64,000 nt of DNA from Candidatus Mailhella merdavium (lineage in GTDB: Bacteria; Desulfobacterota; Desulfovibrionia; Desulfovibrionales; Desulfovibrionaceae): assembly GCA_019119045.1 (NCBI GenBank), contig DWXS01000029.1, forward strand, positions 9,571-73,570. The letters are read 5' to 3'. Below, in pieces: positions 17,319-27,981 of this stretch. The position numbers and the translations under genes are program-made. Under the pieces are notes generated by a model that worked only from the letters and a program-made list of their open reading frames with translations, was not told the origin of the DNA and did no database searches. Within the stretch, counting starts at the first letter, position 1; the number at the start of each line of letters is the position of its first letter.

Positions 17319-19985
17319 CTATCCGGCAACTTCCCGGAATCGCTTCTGGAGCGCAATCATCTTATCCTTTTTGTCGGCAAGATCTGCGGCACGGGCCTTT
17401 TCCTGTTCCACGAATTCCGGTTTGGCGCGGGTGAGGAAGTTCTCGTTGGAGAGCTTGCCGCTCAATGCGGCAAGTTCCTTGTCCACCTTGCCGAGTTCCT
17501 TGTCCAGACGCGCAAGTTCCGCCTGAAAGTCCACGGCTCCGGACAGGTGAACAATGACTTCGCAGCCGCGAACCACGTTGCTGGCGGAGGCTTTGGGCGC
17601 GTGTTCCGCCGCATCGATGGTGAGGCTTTCCAGACGGGCCAGCGTCATGAACCATGCCCGGCCGTGTTCCAGCAGTGCTTTCTGCTTTTCATCCACGGGG
17701 CGCAGCAGCACGGTGAGCTTGTAGGAAGGATTGATATTGAGTTCGGCGCGTATGGTGCGTATGGCGCTGATGCTTTCCTGCAGGAAAACGGCAGCGTCCG
17801 CATCTTCCGGCCTGATGCAGCCGGGTCTGGCTTCAGGGAAGGGCTGGAGGGCAATGTCCTCGCCTGCGTGGCCGGGCAGGGACTGCCACACTTCCGCCGT
17901 GACAAAGGGAATGATCGGATGCAGCAGCACCAGCATTTCCTTGAGTACGGTGTACAGCGTAAAGCGCGCTTCAGCCTTTGCGTCGGCAGGAGCGTCGTCC
18001 TTCATGTCGATCTTGATCAGTTCCAGATACCAGTCGCAGAATTCGCTCCACAGGAATTTATACAGGCCCTGCGCCGCATCGTTGAAGCGGTAGCTTTCAA
18101 TGGCCGCGTCGCTTTCCGCCTTGACTTCTTCCAGCCTGTGCAGAATCCAGCGATTGTGCAGCCCCTTGACCTGAGTAAGATCCACGGGGGCCGGCACGAC
18201 GTTTTCTTCAAGATTCATGAGCGCGAAACGCGAGGCGTTCCACAATTTATTCATGAAATGACGATAACCCTCAATGCGCGGTTCGGACATGCGGATATCG
18301 CGGCCCATGGCCGCCAGGGCAACAAGGGTGAAGCGCAGCGCGTCCGCACCGTATTTGTTGACCATATCGAAGGGATCGATGCCGTTGCCGAGGCTCTTGG
18401 ACATCTTGCGGCCCTGTTCGTCGCGTACCAGAGCATGAATGTACACATGACGGAACGGCACCTCTCCCATGAAGTGCTGCCCCATCATGATCATGCGGGC
18501 TACCCAGAAGAAAAGAATATCAAAGGCCGTGACCAGCACGGACGTGGGATAGAAGGTCTTCAGCTCCTGCGTTTCGTCCGGCCAGCCCATGGTGGAGAAG
18601 GGCCAGAGCGCGGAAGAGAACCAGGTGTCGAGAACGTCCGGGTCCTGTTCCAGATGCGTTCCGCCGCATTTGGGGCAGACGCTGGGATCCGTTTCGGAAA
18701 CGGTGAGTTCTCCGCAGTCCGCACAGGTCCAGGCGGGAATGCGATGCCCCCACCATATCTGGCGGCTGATACACCAGTCGCGGATATTGTCCAGCCAGTT
18801 GTAATAGGTCTTGATCCAGGAGTCGGGGAAGATGCGTATCAGATCCGGCACGGCCGCCCGGGCTTCCGGAGCCATTTTGGTGGTGGCCACGAACCACTGT
18901 TCGGACACATAGGGTTCGATGACCGTTTTGCAGCGGTAGCAGCAGCCCACGCTGTGTTCGATATCTTCTTCCCTGACCAGATGCCCGTTTGCGCGCAGTT
19001 CTTCCACAATGGCCGCACGGCATTCTTCGCGGCTCATGCCCGCATATTTTGCGGCGTCTCTTTCATCCTCGAAGTGACACATGTTGCCGTTGTCGTCGAT
19101 GACCTGAATGAAGGCGAGGTGATGCGTATGCCCGAGGTTCCAGTCGTTGGGATCGTGGCAGGGGGTCACTTTAAGCGCGCCCGTGCCGAATTCACGATCC
19201 ACATAACGGTCGGAAATGAGCGGCACCGTGCGGTTGACGATGGGCACGATCACCTGCTTGCCCGTCAGGCCTGCATAGCGTTCGTCTTCGGGATGCACGC
19301 ATACGGCGGAGTCGCCCAGTATGGTTTCCGGGCGGGTGGTGGCGATGGTCACGGAGCCGGAACCGTCCGCCAGATCATAGCGCACATGCCACAGCTTGCC
19401 CTTTGCGGGATTATGATCCACTTCGTCATCCGCAAGGGCGGTATGGCAGCGCGGGCACCAGTTGACGATATATTTGCCCTTGTAGATCAGCCCTTCCTTA
19501 TAGAGCTGCACGAACACCTTGCGCACGGCACGGGCCAGATTGTCGTCCATGGTGAAACGCTCGCGCGTCCAGTCCACCGAGGAGCCGAGCGCCTTAATCT
19601 GATTGATGATGCGGTGCCCGTATTCCTTTTTCCATGCCCATACCCGTTCGATGAAGGCTTCGCGTCCCACATCGTGGCGGCGTTTGCCCTCTTTTGCCAG
19701 CGCGCGTTCCACCACGTTCTGGGTGGCGATTCCGGCGTGATCCGTACCGGGAATCCACAGCACTTTCTTGCCCTTCTGGCGGGCATGGCGACAGAGGACA
19801 TCCTGGAGCGTATGGTTCAGCGCATGTCCGATATGCAGCGCGCCGGTTACGTTCGGCGGGGGAATGACGATGGAATAGGGTTCTCCCTTGGCGTCCATGT
19901 CGGGCGTGAAGGTGTGGTTCTCTTCCCAGTGTCTGCGCCAGTGTTCTTCCACGTCATGGGGTTCGTACGCCTTGGGCAGCGACAT
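17319..19985 (-). CDS. valS: Valine--tRNA ligase
   Basis: PPPNVTGALHIGHA (HIGH), GTDHAGIATQ, DWCISRQIWWGHRIP, KMSKSLGN, C-terminal coiled coil; start MSLPKAYEP at 19985 with AAGGAG RBS. Confidence 0.98.
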   Translation of the reverse strand: MSLPKAYEPHDVEEHWRRHWEENHTFTPDMDAKGEPYSIVIPPPNVTGALHIGHALNHTLQDVLCRHARQKGKKVLWIPGTDHAGIATQNVVERALAKEGKRRHDVGREAFIERVWAWKKEYGHRIINQIKALGSSVDWTRERFTMDDNLARAVRKVFVQLYKEGLIYKGKYIVNWCPRCHTALADDEVDHNPAKGKLWHVRYDLADGSGSVTIATTRPETILGDSAVCVHPEDERYAGLTGKQVIVPIVNRTVPLISDRYVDREFGTGALKVTPCHDPNDWNLGHTHHLAFIQVIDDNGNMCHFEDERDAAKYAGMSREECRAAIVEELRANGHLVREEDIEHSVGCCYRCKTVIEPYVSEQWFVATTKMAPEARAAVPDLIRIFPDSWIKTYYNWLDNIRDWCISRQIWWGHRIPAWTCADCGELTVSETDPSVCPKCGGTHLEQDPDVLDTWFSSALWPFSTMGWPDETQELKTFYPTSVLVTAFDILFFWVARMIMMGQHFMGEVPFRHVYIHALVRDEQGRKMSKSLGNGIDPFDMVNKYGADALRFTLVALAAMGRDIRMSEPRIEGYRHFMNKLWNASRFALMNLEENVVPAPVDLTQVKGLHNRWILHRLEEVKAESDAAIESYRFNDAAQGLYKFLWSEFCDWYLELIKIDMKDDAPADAKAEARFTLYTVLKEMLVLLHPIIPFVTAEVWQSLPGHAGEDIALQPFPEARPGCIRPEDADAAVFLQESISAIRTIRAELNINPSYKLTVLLRPVDEKQKALLEHGRAWFMTLARLESLTIDAAEHAPKASASNVVRGCEVIVHLSGAVDFQAELARLDKELGKVDKELAALSGKLSNENFLTRAKPEFVEQEKARAADLADKKDKMIALQKRFREVAG

Positions 19986-20141
19986 GTCAGCTCCTTTGTC
20001 CTTTGCATTTGAGGGTTTTGCCTTTCCGGTCGCACACGGGCGGAAAGAGGAAGACAGATCCCTTCCGATTTGAAAAAGGCCCGGCAAGTTGCCAAAGCCG
20101 GGCGATTGGGTCAGATTTCGAACGCAGACAAGGAGGCGGCC

Positions 20142-21404
20142 GTGCTGAACATTCTCTGGAACGCATCCCACCTGTGGGGATATGTCATTCTGTATGCTCT
20201 GCGCTCGGCGGGAGTTCCCTGCCGCGTACTCAAGGCTTCTGAAATAGCCCAGGACGGGGTATCTGGCAAGGTACTGTTCGTCCCCGGAGGCGGTGCGCGG
20301 GCCAAGGCCGCCGCGCTCGGCGCGGCGGGTATGGCTGCGGTGCGCTCTTTTGTGGAGAAGGGGGGGCATTACCTCGGTATCTGCGGAGGCGCGGGGCTTG
20401 CCCTGTCCAGCGGTATCGGGCTCAGCCCCTGGCGGCGGGCCGGCATGAGCGACAGGCTTCAGCATCTGGTTTCCGGGCATGTCCTGTGTTCGCTTGAGCA
20501 GGATCCTCTCCTGCCGCCATCATCCGGCCCTGATGGAAAAGACGGTCTTGTTCCTTTGCCCGTATGGTGGCCCGGCAGATTCGAGGAGCCGGAAAAAGGA
20601 AGCCGGGAATACGGAGATGTGCGCGTTCTGGCCAGATATCGCGCTCCCGGGCCGGATCTGCATGTGGCGGATTTGCCGCTTTCCCTTCTTCCGGAAGAGG
20701 TTCTTGCGGAGTGGCGCACTCTGTACGGCGTGTCGTTCCGCCCCTCCCTGCTGGACGGAAGCCCCTGCATGACGGCCGGAAACTTCGGGCGGGGAGAGTG
20801 GCTGCTCAGTTACAGTCATCTGGAGACGCCGGACTCCCCTGAAGCGGGACGCTGTTTCGCTCATCTGCTGAAATTGTGGGGTGTGGCGGATGCCGCTGCG
20901 GCGGAGCGTCTTTCCTCTGTATCTGCCTGGAATCTTACGGACTTCCACAATGAATCCGTATGGCCGGTGCGCTGGGAGGAGCCTGAGCTGCTGGAGGCAT
21001 GGGGTATATTAAAAGAGTTGTTCGAGCTTGCTCAGGAGCTGGGGCTGCTTTTTCCCCGTTCCGGCTGGCTCATGGGCTGGCGCAGCGGTGTGCCCGGAGC
21101 GCAGCTGAACGGTTTGCGGGCCGCGCTGCGGGTTGCTCTGGGGCAGGAACCTTCCCGGCGCAGACTTGCGTTGTGGCGTGAAGAGGCTTCCTCTTTCGCC
21201 GCAAAATTCGGCCTTTTCGCTCAGGGGGCGAGAAGCTGGCTGCTGGCCCGGCGTCTGGCGGATACGCTGGCGGATTCTCTTCCCGGCATGTTGCCCAAGG
21301 CCTTGCTGGCGGATCAGAAAACACTGCTGTTCGGTTCTCCCATGTCCAGCGGCGGGCTGTGCGGCGAACTTCAGAACTCGCTGGAGGAGCTTCTTTTTGC
21401 CTGA
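20142..21404 (+). CDS. BPL_N domain protein (class I glutamine amidotransferase-like)
   Basis: LFVPGG, FVEKGGHYLGICGGAGLA, SYSHLETP; GTG after AGGAGG; divergent from valS. Confidence 0.75.
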   Translation: MLNILWNASHLWGYVILYALRSAGVPCRVLKASEIAQDGVSGKVLFVPGGGARAKAAALGAAGMAAVRSFVEKGGHYLGICGGAGLALSSGIGLSPWRRAGMSDRLQHLVSGHVLCSLEQDPLLPPSSGPDGKDGLVPLPVWWPGRFEEPEKGSREYGDVRVLARYRAPGPDLHVADLPLSLLPEEVLAEWRTLYGVSFRPSLLDGSPCMTAGNFGRGEWLLSYSHLETPDSPEAGRCFAHLLKLWGVADAAAAERLSSVSAWNLTDFHNESVWPVRWEEPELLEAWGILKELFELAQELGLLFPRSGWLMGWRSGVPGAQLNGLRAALRVALGQEPSRRRLALWREEASSFAAKFGLFAQGARSWLLARRLADTLADSLPGMLPKALLADQKTLLFGSPMSSGGLCGELQNSLEELLFA

Positions 21405-21458
21405 CGGAGCGAGGAATTTCTCCCTCATTCATTTTTTTAAAAATTTTTCGGGAAAGCC

Positions 21459-21486
21459 CTATAGGTTTTTTCCACACGGACGTTAA
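21459..21486 (+). promoter_or_regulatory. Putative sigma28 (FliA) promoter of flagellin
   Basis: CTATAG-N14-GACGTTAA resembles the CTAAAG...GCCGATAA consensus, upstream of flagellin. Confidence 0.5.
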
Positions 21487-21574
21487 GGGGGGTAACAAGG
21501 GCGGAATGACCGCAGGGACGCGGTTCGCGCACAGCGCTCCGCCAGGGACAAGACATCATTCATGGAGGATACGT

Positions 21575-22465
21575 ATGTCTCTCGTCGTCAATCACAACAT
21601 GATGGCCGCCAACAGCAGCCGCTACCTGAACACTCACTATAAGGCTCTGTCTGACTCTACCCGCAAGCTGTCTTCCGGCCTGCGTGTTGAAACCGCCGCC
21701 GACGACGCCGCCGGTCTCGCCATTCGCGAACTTATGCGTGCGGATATTTCTGCTCTGAACCAGGGCGTGCGTAACGCCAACGACGGTATCTCCCTGATTC
21801 AGACCGCTGACGGCGCCCTGGGCGTCATCGACGAAAAGCTGATCCGCATGAAGGAACTGGCAGAACAGGCAGCCACCGGTACCTACGATTCGACCCAGCG
21901 TCTGATCATCGATTCCGAATACCAGCAGATGGCTTCGGAAATCACCCGTATCGCCAACGCTACGGACTTCAACGGTATCAAGCTGCTCGACGGCAACCTG
22001 TCCAGCGATGATCACGATGGGGGTGGTTTGGTCTCTACCGGTAAGCTGAAGGTTCACTTCGGTACCGGCAACGACTCCGCGGAAGACTACTACTACATCC
22101 AGATCGGTACCGCCACCGCGTCCGCTCTTGGTGTTGGCAATTCCGTCGGTGCGACTAAGGCCGGTCACGACATCTCCACTCAGGAGAATGCTCAGAAGGC
22201 ACTGGAAGCCATCAACAACGCCATCGTGTCCAAGGACAACATCCGTGCTCACCTCGGCGCTCTCCAGAACCGTCTGGAAAACACCATCACCAACCTGGAA
22301 GTGCAGTCTGAAAATCTGCAGTCCGCAGAATCTCAGATTTCCGACGTTGACGTCGCCACTGAAATGACCAACTTCGTGCGGAACCAGATTCTGACCCAGT
22401 CCGCTGTGTCCATGCTGGGCCAGGCCAACTCTCTGCCTCAGATGGCCCTCAACCTCATCGGTTGA
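21575..22465 (+). CDS. fliC: Flagellin (short, 296 aa)
   Basis: MSLVVNHNMMA, KLSSGLRVETAADDAAGLAI, RNANDGISLIQTADGAL, LGALQNRLENTITNL, SQISDVDVATEM, QANSLPQMAL. Confidence 0.97.
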   Translation: MSLVVNHNMMAANSSRYLNTHYKALSDSTRKLSSGLRVETAADDAAGLAIRELMRADISALNQGVRNANDGISLIQTADGALGVIDEKLIRMKELAEQAATGTYDSTQRLIIDSEYQQMASEITRIANATDFNGIKLLDGNLSSDDHDGGGLVSTGKLKVHFGTGNDSAEDYYYIQIGTATASALGVGNSVGATKAGHDISTQENAQKALEAINNAIVSKDNIRAHLGALQNRLENTITNLEVQSENLQSAESQISDVDVATEMTNFVRNQILTQSAVSMLGQANSLPQMALNLIG

Positions 22466-22486
22466 TCGCATATCAGACAGACATCT

Positions 22487-22527
22487 ATCCGGCTTCTCCT
22501 TTCCGGGGGAGCCGGATTTTTTTGTTT
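22487..22527 (+). terminator. Rho-independent terminator
   Basis: ATCCGGCTTCTCC-TTTCC-GGGGGAGCCGGAT followed by a T-tract. Confidence 0.85.
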
Positions 22528-22783
22528 AAAGCACAGGGCTACAGGCGTGGTTTACGAAATCGTATTCAACGGCAGAGAAATATGGAAAAGGGGGCGGGGT
22601 TTATTTGCACCTTGAAGCCCCTGTTTTCTTTGACGGCCGGAGTCCTTAGGGCGGATATAGGTTATTTTTCTTAAACGTCAGGCGTGGTTCCGAAATGGGC
22701 CGGGCGAGAAGTCGTGTGTCATTGCCTGTGATTCTGTTGTATGGAAGTATTCATGCTTTCTTTTCGGGGAGATCGGGGCAACG

Positions 22784-25271
22784 TTAATTTTCAATGAGTT
22801 GTCCGTCGGCGTCGGCCAGCCCCTCCAGCAGACAGGCGTTTCTTTCGTCGCAGCGCAGCGCGGCATAGCGTGCGTTTTCGTATAAGGGGGCAAGCCCTTC
22901 TTCAAAATAGTAGCGGTGGGGCAGTCGCAGGCGAACAGAGAGAAGATCCGGTTCCAGATACAGGGCGGGGAAGGGGACATCCCGGCATGTTTTGCCTTGC
23001 AGAAAATGTTTTGGAATGGGCTGTGCGATACCCTGTTCGTCAATGCTCAGGGGCAGGCATCCGGGAGCTTCGACGAGCAGGTTTTGTTCCACTTCATAGC
23101 GCAGTTCCATGTAGTCGCCCAGTATGAAGGCCCGAGGATCGCGTGGAACGAGGGCCAGAAGGATTTGTCTGCCGTCGCGCAGCAGCTCGCGACGATCTGA
23201 AACGGCCAGAGAAAACAGCAGGGGCAGGAGTACGCCTGCGGCGATAAGCGGCGCGGCACGACGCAGAAACATATTTCGTGGAAGCCGGGAGGAGCTTACG
23301 CCAGGAGCTGGCCGGCTCGTGTTGTCCGGGGAGCGGGAGTAGTGGGAGAGAATCGTTCCGCCGAACAACAGGCAAATTCCGGGCAGCCCCATGCTCAGGG
23401 CTTTGGCGGAAAAGGGCAGAGCAAGATGATAATAGAAAAAGACGAGGCTTGCGGCGAACAGCAGCAGGCCGATGCCGAACAGGGGAACATCATACCGAGC
23501 TTCTTTTTTCGCTGGGTACGCAGATCTGCCGACGAATATGAGCGTCAGCGCAAGAAGTGTTTCCGCCGGGGTAAAATACCAAATTAATCCCAGCGCACAT
23601 ACTGCGGAGAGAAGCAGCATACTATAAGAAAAGTCTCTTTTCCTCTGTTCAGACAGAAAACGGCGCATGAGCAGAATAAGAGCTGCTGTGCCGAGCGAAC
23701 GCAGGAGAAGATCGGAAAGTAATGCCGTTTCGGGTAGTCCGAGCAGAAAGGGCGTTGAATCTTTAAAAAGCGACGTCAGCGCGATAAGTACCCAGATACA
23801 TGCATAGGCGGCAGGACGCAGCGCAGCGGGAAGCTTTCTGCCCCATGCGCTGGCAACAATCGGAAGAAAGCAGAAGAGTCCAAAAAGCTGCGCCGCCGGA
23901 GCAACAAATTCCGCAGGCAGAGAGCAGATTCCCTGAACAAAAGTATTACCCAGCGTCCAGAGAGCCAGACCGAAGCGGAGCGGAGCGTTTTTCAGACGAG
24001 CATACAGCACAAGGCCCGCAGCCCATACGCATACGATAAGGAGCGGGACGGGCAGGAAGTTCCCGCCGAACTGAAAAAAGACGACGCCTGCGGCAATGAG
24101 TACCGGAGCCAGCGTCAGAAGAAAGACGCTGCGTCCCCTTACATGCCACAGAAATGCTCCGGCAGTCGTATGGATACATCCCAGAGCGAGATATGCGGCA
24201 TCTGAACTTGCGGAGAAGAGCAGAATATTCAGAGCAATGAGGAAGATCGCGGAAAGAAAACCGCCAAGTCCGGTCAGAATTGTGGGAAAGAGCAGGGGAC
24301 GGGCGGGAGAAAGCTGTGTCTGCCGGACGTCCGTCTGCGGGATGTTCCGGGACATCTGTGCTGAAGGGGGACGTTGCGCGGAGGGACGGACTGCCCGGGG
24401 CAGGAAGCGGACGAGGAAGACCGTATAGGCAATATTGAAGACGGCAAAAAGGAGTATCCAGCTTGTTGGTTCCATTGCTCTGCTTTCCAGAGCCAGGCGT
24501 GTCAGCAGACTGTTGAGCAGGACAAGACCTGTCAGGGCCAGCTCATACAGTGCCGGGGCGTAATGCCTGCGCATGGTGAGTATGAGGACGATGAAAAGCA
24601 GGGCGGGCCCTGCCAGAACTTCCGGAGAGGTACGCACGTCGTGTGTGGAGCTGAAAATAAGCAGAAAGGAAAGAAGCCCCCCCCTGTATCAGCAACAGTG
24701 TCAGAGGCAGGAGCAGCCATGAGTTTTTTCTGCCGGAAGCTCGGAGAAAGCGGCGTGGAAGCAGGGATATCCCGCAGAGTGTGGCGCAGAGAAGTGTCGA
24801 GGGCAGCAGTTCACGGCAGAAGTCGGAAGAATACCCAGGAGAAGCGTCGGGGAGAGCGGCGACGACGACCAGGATCACCCATAAATTCCAGAGTATCGGC
24901 CCGGGCCGGAGCAGGAGGAACGGGGTCATGCTGGCGGCCCAGACCAGACAGAATTCCCGTTCTGTTGCTCCGCTTTGAAATATCTGCCCGAATACTGCCC
25001 AGAACATGCCGATGAACATACAGGCTGCGAACAGGAAGCATGATGTCTGAAGCGGCCTGTTTCGATATTCGGCAACAAGGGAAAGCGTCAGACACGCCAG
25101 AAAGTCTCCTGCCGTCAGGGAAAATTTCAAAGCATCGGGCAGCGTATGCCAGTTCCACGCGAAGAAATAGATTGCGGCAGCTACACAAAGGATAAGTCCT
25201 GTGGTGTGCAGCAGCGTTTTCAGCCATGCGGCTGAAACCGGAAAAACATTTGATCGCGTCGTCTCAGACAT
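22784..25271 (-). pseudogene. Fused DUF2157 / multi-TM / GDYXXLXY membrane protein, frameshifted at G8 (24677-24684)
   Basis: 5' ORF has AAIYFFAWNW...AVFGQIFQSGA...WAA (DUF2157); 3' ORF ends with LVPRDPRAFILGDYMELRY...RYYFEEG (GDYXXLXY); removing one G joins them as ..IQGGLLSFLLIFSSTHDVRTSPE. Confidence 0.75.
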
Positions 25272-25561
25272 ACTGTCTCCGTGAATGCCGCATTGTGGCA
25301 TAGAGTCGGCAGCAGTGCTTTGTGCCTTCCTTACTATATGGAATATATGAATAATTCATTGTTCGTACAGAACATTCCGGAAAAGAGGCGAAGAGCAGTC
25401 GTCGATAAGGAGCCTTGCGGATTAAAAAGAAGCATATCGGCAGAGTTCTTTCCTCTTGATTTGAGGAGTGACGTAAGAGAGAGGCGGCGTCAAGTTTATG
25501 TTCAGGTATGAATACGGAACAGTCTTTTCCTGAGCGGACGGATATTTTCATGAGGACAAGG

Positions 25562-25594
25562 CCTAAGTATGAGCTAAGTTTTGCTTCTTAATAT
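25562..25594 (+). promoter_or_regulatory. PmrA/QseB-type direct-repeat box plus -10
   Basis: CCTAAG-N5-GCTAAG, then 10 bp, then TAATAT, upstream of PAP2-eptA. Confidence 0.55.
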
Positions 25595-25625
25595 GGAAAC
25601 ATGTTCTGCTTGAAGGAGGAGCATC

Positions 25626-26291
25626 ATGTGTCTGTATGAAGAAAACGCATCCTTCCATTATCCGTGGAACATCCATAGCTATTTGATACTCCCTTTGACT
25701 GCGCTGACGCTGTTTACGGCCTTTGCTTTCGAATGGCAGGGGGAGGAGCCGTACCATGTTTTTACAGAGCTGCGCGCGGCGTACCCGTTTTTCTCCGGGC
25801 TGTTCCTTTTCATTACGGAGTGGGGAAATCCGCTGCTCTATTGCATATATGCAGTGCTGCTGATTCGGGCAATACGGGCCGGAGATATTAAAACAATACG
25901 GAATATCGTGTGCTTTTCGATTGTGAGTCTGGTGTTTCTGGGTATTCTCCTGCAATTGCTCAAATACGGTCTGGGGATGCCACGCCCCGGTATTCCCTGG
26001 CCTCCGAGGCCGTGGTCAACGGCAGAATACACGTCGTTTCCTTCCGGACATGCGGCAAATATTCTTGTTTCTGCCATCCCTCAGGGAATCTGGATTCAGG
26101 ATCTCCGGTTAAAGACACTCCTTTCCCTGTTTGTAGCCTGCATGGGGATATCCCGGATCCGGCAGGGGCTTCATCACCCCGTTGATATCGGGGGCATTGT
26201 CTTCGGAAGCCTTGCGTCCTGCTGTGTCGTGCGTCTTGCCTCCTCAAGTTTCGGAAAAATAGCCATGAAGGCGGCGAAAGAGGAAGCATAG
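25626..26291 (+). CDS. PAP2 family phosphatase (lipid A or undecaprenyl-PP phosphatase-like)
   Basis: KYGLGMPRP, SFPSGH and SRIRQGLHHPVD catalytic motifs. Confidence 0.9.
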   Translation: MCLYEENASFHYPWNIHSYLILPLTALTLFTAFAFEWQGEEPYHVFTELRAAYPFFSGLFLFITEWGNPLLYCIYAVLLIRAIRAGDIKTIRNIVCFSIVSLVFLGILLQLLKYGLGMPRPGIPWPPRPWSTAEYTSFPSGHAANILVSAIPQGIWIQDLRLKTLLSLFVACMGISRIRQGLHHPVDIGGIVFGSLASCCVVRLASSSFGKIAMKAAKEEA

Positions 26292-26292
26292 C

Positions 26293-27954
26293 ATGAAAGA
26301 GCTGAAACAACTTTTGTATCAGAGAAAGATTAGCTGTTCCGTCCCCCTGCTTTCCCTGATTATATCCGTATTTCTCGTACTGACGGCTAATCTGTCGTTC
26401 TGGAAATCGCTTGGGAACGCACTTCCTTTTTTCGGCTCTTCCGTCTTCGTATATGCGAGCCTTTTGGGGACTCTGATCGGTACCTATGTGCTGGTTCTCA
26501 ATATCGTAACGGTGCGCTTCATCGGTAAGGGGCTGGTAGCTCTTGTACTGCTGATCGCCGCAGTCTCTTCCTATTTTATGGATACCTACGGGGTGCATAT
26601 CGACAGAACCATGCTTGTCAACGTCATGCTGACGGACAGGCGCGAAGCGGCGGACTATTTTACTGCGGCCCTGTTCGGGCATCTTTTTCTCTTTGCGTTG
26701 CTCCCGATTCTGGTACTTGCTCTGCTTCCCGTCGTCAGGCGTCCTCTGAAGCGGGAATTGTTTCGCCGTCTGCTGGTTTGTCTTGGTTGCGTGTTGCTGG
26801 TCGCTGTTTCTTTCGGGGCGCAGTACAAGGAACTGGTTTCCCTGTTCCGTAATCATGGGGAACTCCGGAATCTGATTAATCCGGTCGGCCCTGTGAGGGC
26901 AGCAGTTTCTCTTGCCAGGAAACAATGGGGAGAACGGGATATCGTCGTTCAGCCCATTGGAACGGATGCCAGACTCCTCTCCCACGAAGGTAAGCCGCGT
27001 CTGCTTGTGCTTGTGGTCGGCGAAACGGCGCGGGCCATGAATTTCGGCTTGAACGGATATGGGCGTGACACCACTCCGGAACTGCGGCGCAGAGGGGTGA
27101 TAAATTTTCCGGACGTGGCCGCCTGCGGAACTTCGACGGCCGTATCTCTCCCCTGCATGTTTTCCATGTTCCCCCGTTCGGAATATACGGAGCGCAAGGG
27201 GAAGGAGTACGAAAATCTTGTGGATGTTCTGAGGCGGGCCGGCGTGCAGGTGATATGGCGTGACAACGATTCCGGCGGCAGCAAGGGCGTGGCGGATCGC
27301 GTAGGGGAGGAAAAGCTCTACAATGCGTATGTGGAAGGAATCTGCAATGAAGGCGGCTGTTATGACGATATTCTGCTGAGAGATATCGACGAAAAGCTGG
27401 CCGGGCTGGAGCCTGGCAGGGATGTCCTTCTGGTGCTGCATCAGAAGGGAAGCCACGGGCCTTCCTACTATCTGAGGTATCCCCCTGAATTTGCAAGCTT
27501 TGTACCGGAGTGTCGGTCTTCGGAGCTGCAGCAGTGCACACAGGAGGAAATTATCAACACCTATGACAATACCATTCTCTATACGGATCTCATGCTGAGC
27601 AGGGTCATGGATCTGCTGGAACGTTATCGTTCACGGTATGACGGAGCCATGCTCTATGTGTCGGATCATGGTGAGTCTCTTGGGGAATATGGTCTGTATC
27701 TGCATGGCGTTCCCTATATGGTTGCCCCGGATGAGCAGACGCAGGTGCCGATGGTCATGTGGTTTGAGGGGGATGCTGCCCGAAATTTCGGCATCAATGC
27801 TGATGCGATCAGACAGATTTCCGGGAAGCAGTATTCTCATGACAATCTTTTCCATTCAGTCCTTGGCCTGATGGGCGTGGAAACATCCGTCTATGAAAAA
27901 TCACTGGATATTTTTGCGTCGTGCCGCCCGTCTCAGTCCCGACAGGAGAAATAG
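26293..27954 (+). CDS. eptA: Lipid A phosphoethanolamine transferase
   Basis: 5-TM N-terminus, VLVVGETARA, CGTSTAVSLPCMFS, LHQKGSHGPSYYLRYP, NTYDNTILYTD, SDHGESLGEYGLYLHG, SHDNLFHS. Confidence 0.95.
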   Translation: MKELKQLLYQRKISCSVPLLSLIISVFLVLTANLSFWKSLGNALPFFGSSVFVYASLLGTLIGTYVLVLNIVTVRFIGKGLVALVLLIAAVSSYFMDTYGVHIDRTMLVNVMLTDRREAADYFTAALFGHLFLFALLPILVLALLPVVRRPLKRELFRRLLVCLGCVLLVAVSFGAQYKELVSLFRNHGELRNLINPVGPVRAAVSLARKQWGERDIVVQPIGTDARLLSHEGKPRLLVLVVGETARAMNFGLNGYGRDTTPELRRRGVINFPDVAACGTSTAVSLPCMFSMFPRSEYTERKGKEYENLVDVLRRAGVQVIWRDNDSGGSKGVADRVGEEKLYNAYVEGICNEGGCYDDILLRDIDEKLAGLEPGRDVLLVLHQKGSHGPSYYLRYPPEFASFVPECRSSELQQCTQEEIINTYDNTILYTDLMLSRVMDLLERYRSRYDGAMLYVSDHGESLGEYGLYLHGVPYMVAPDEQTQVPMVMWFEGDAARNFGINADAIRQISGKQYSHDNLFHSVLGLMGVETSVYEKSLDIFASCRPSQSRQEK

Positions 27955-27981
27955 CTTTCTGCGGAAGTTCAGGAGGAGTAT

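Noticed and set aside
17316-20012. 898-aa plus-strand ORF and other long antisense ORFs (e.g. 990..2498, 2502..4271, 7307..9283, 28969..30780, 33658..35109)
   Set aside because: Shadow frames opposite well-supported genes in GC-rich DNA with strong codon bias; no recognisable motifs or RBS
19986-20480. N-terminal extension of ValS to 1053 aa in the ORF track
   Set aside because: It overlaps the divergent BPL_N gene; the ATG at 19985 has a good RBS and gives a normal ValS N-terminus
26293-27954. Mobile mcr colistin-resistance gene
   Set aside because: Chromosomal context with its own two-component system and no flanking IS; an mcr assignment needs phylogeny
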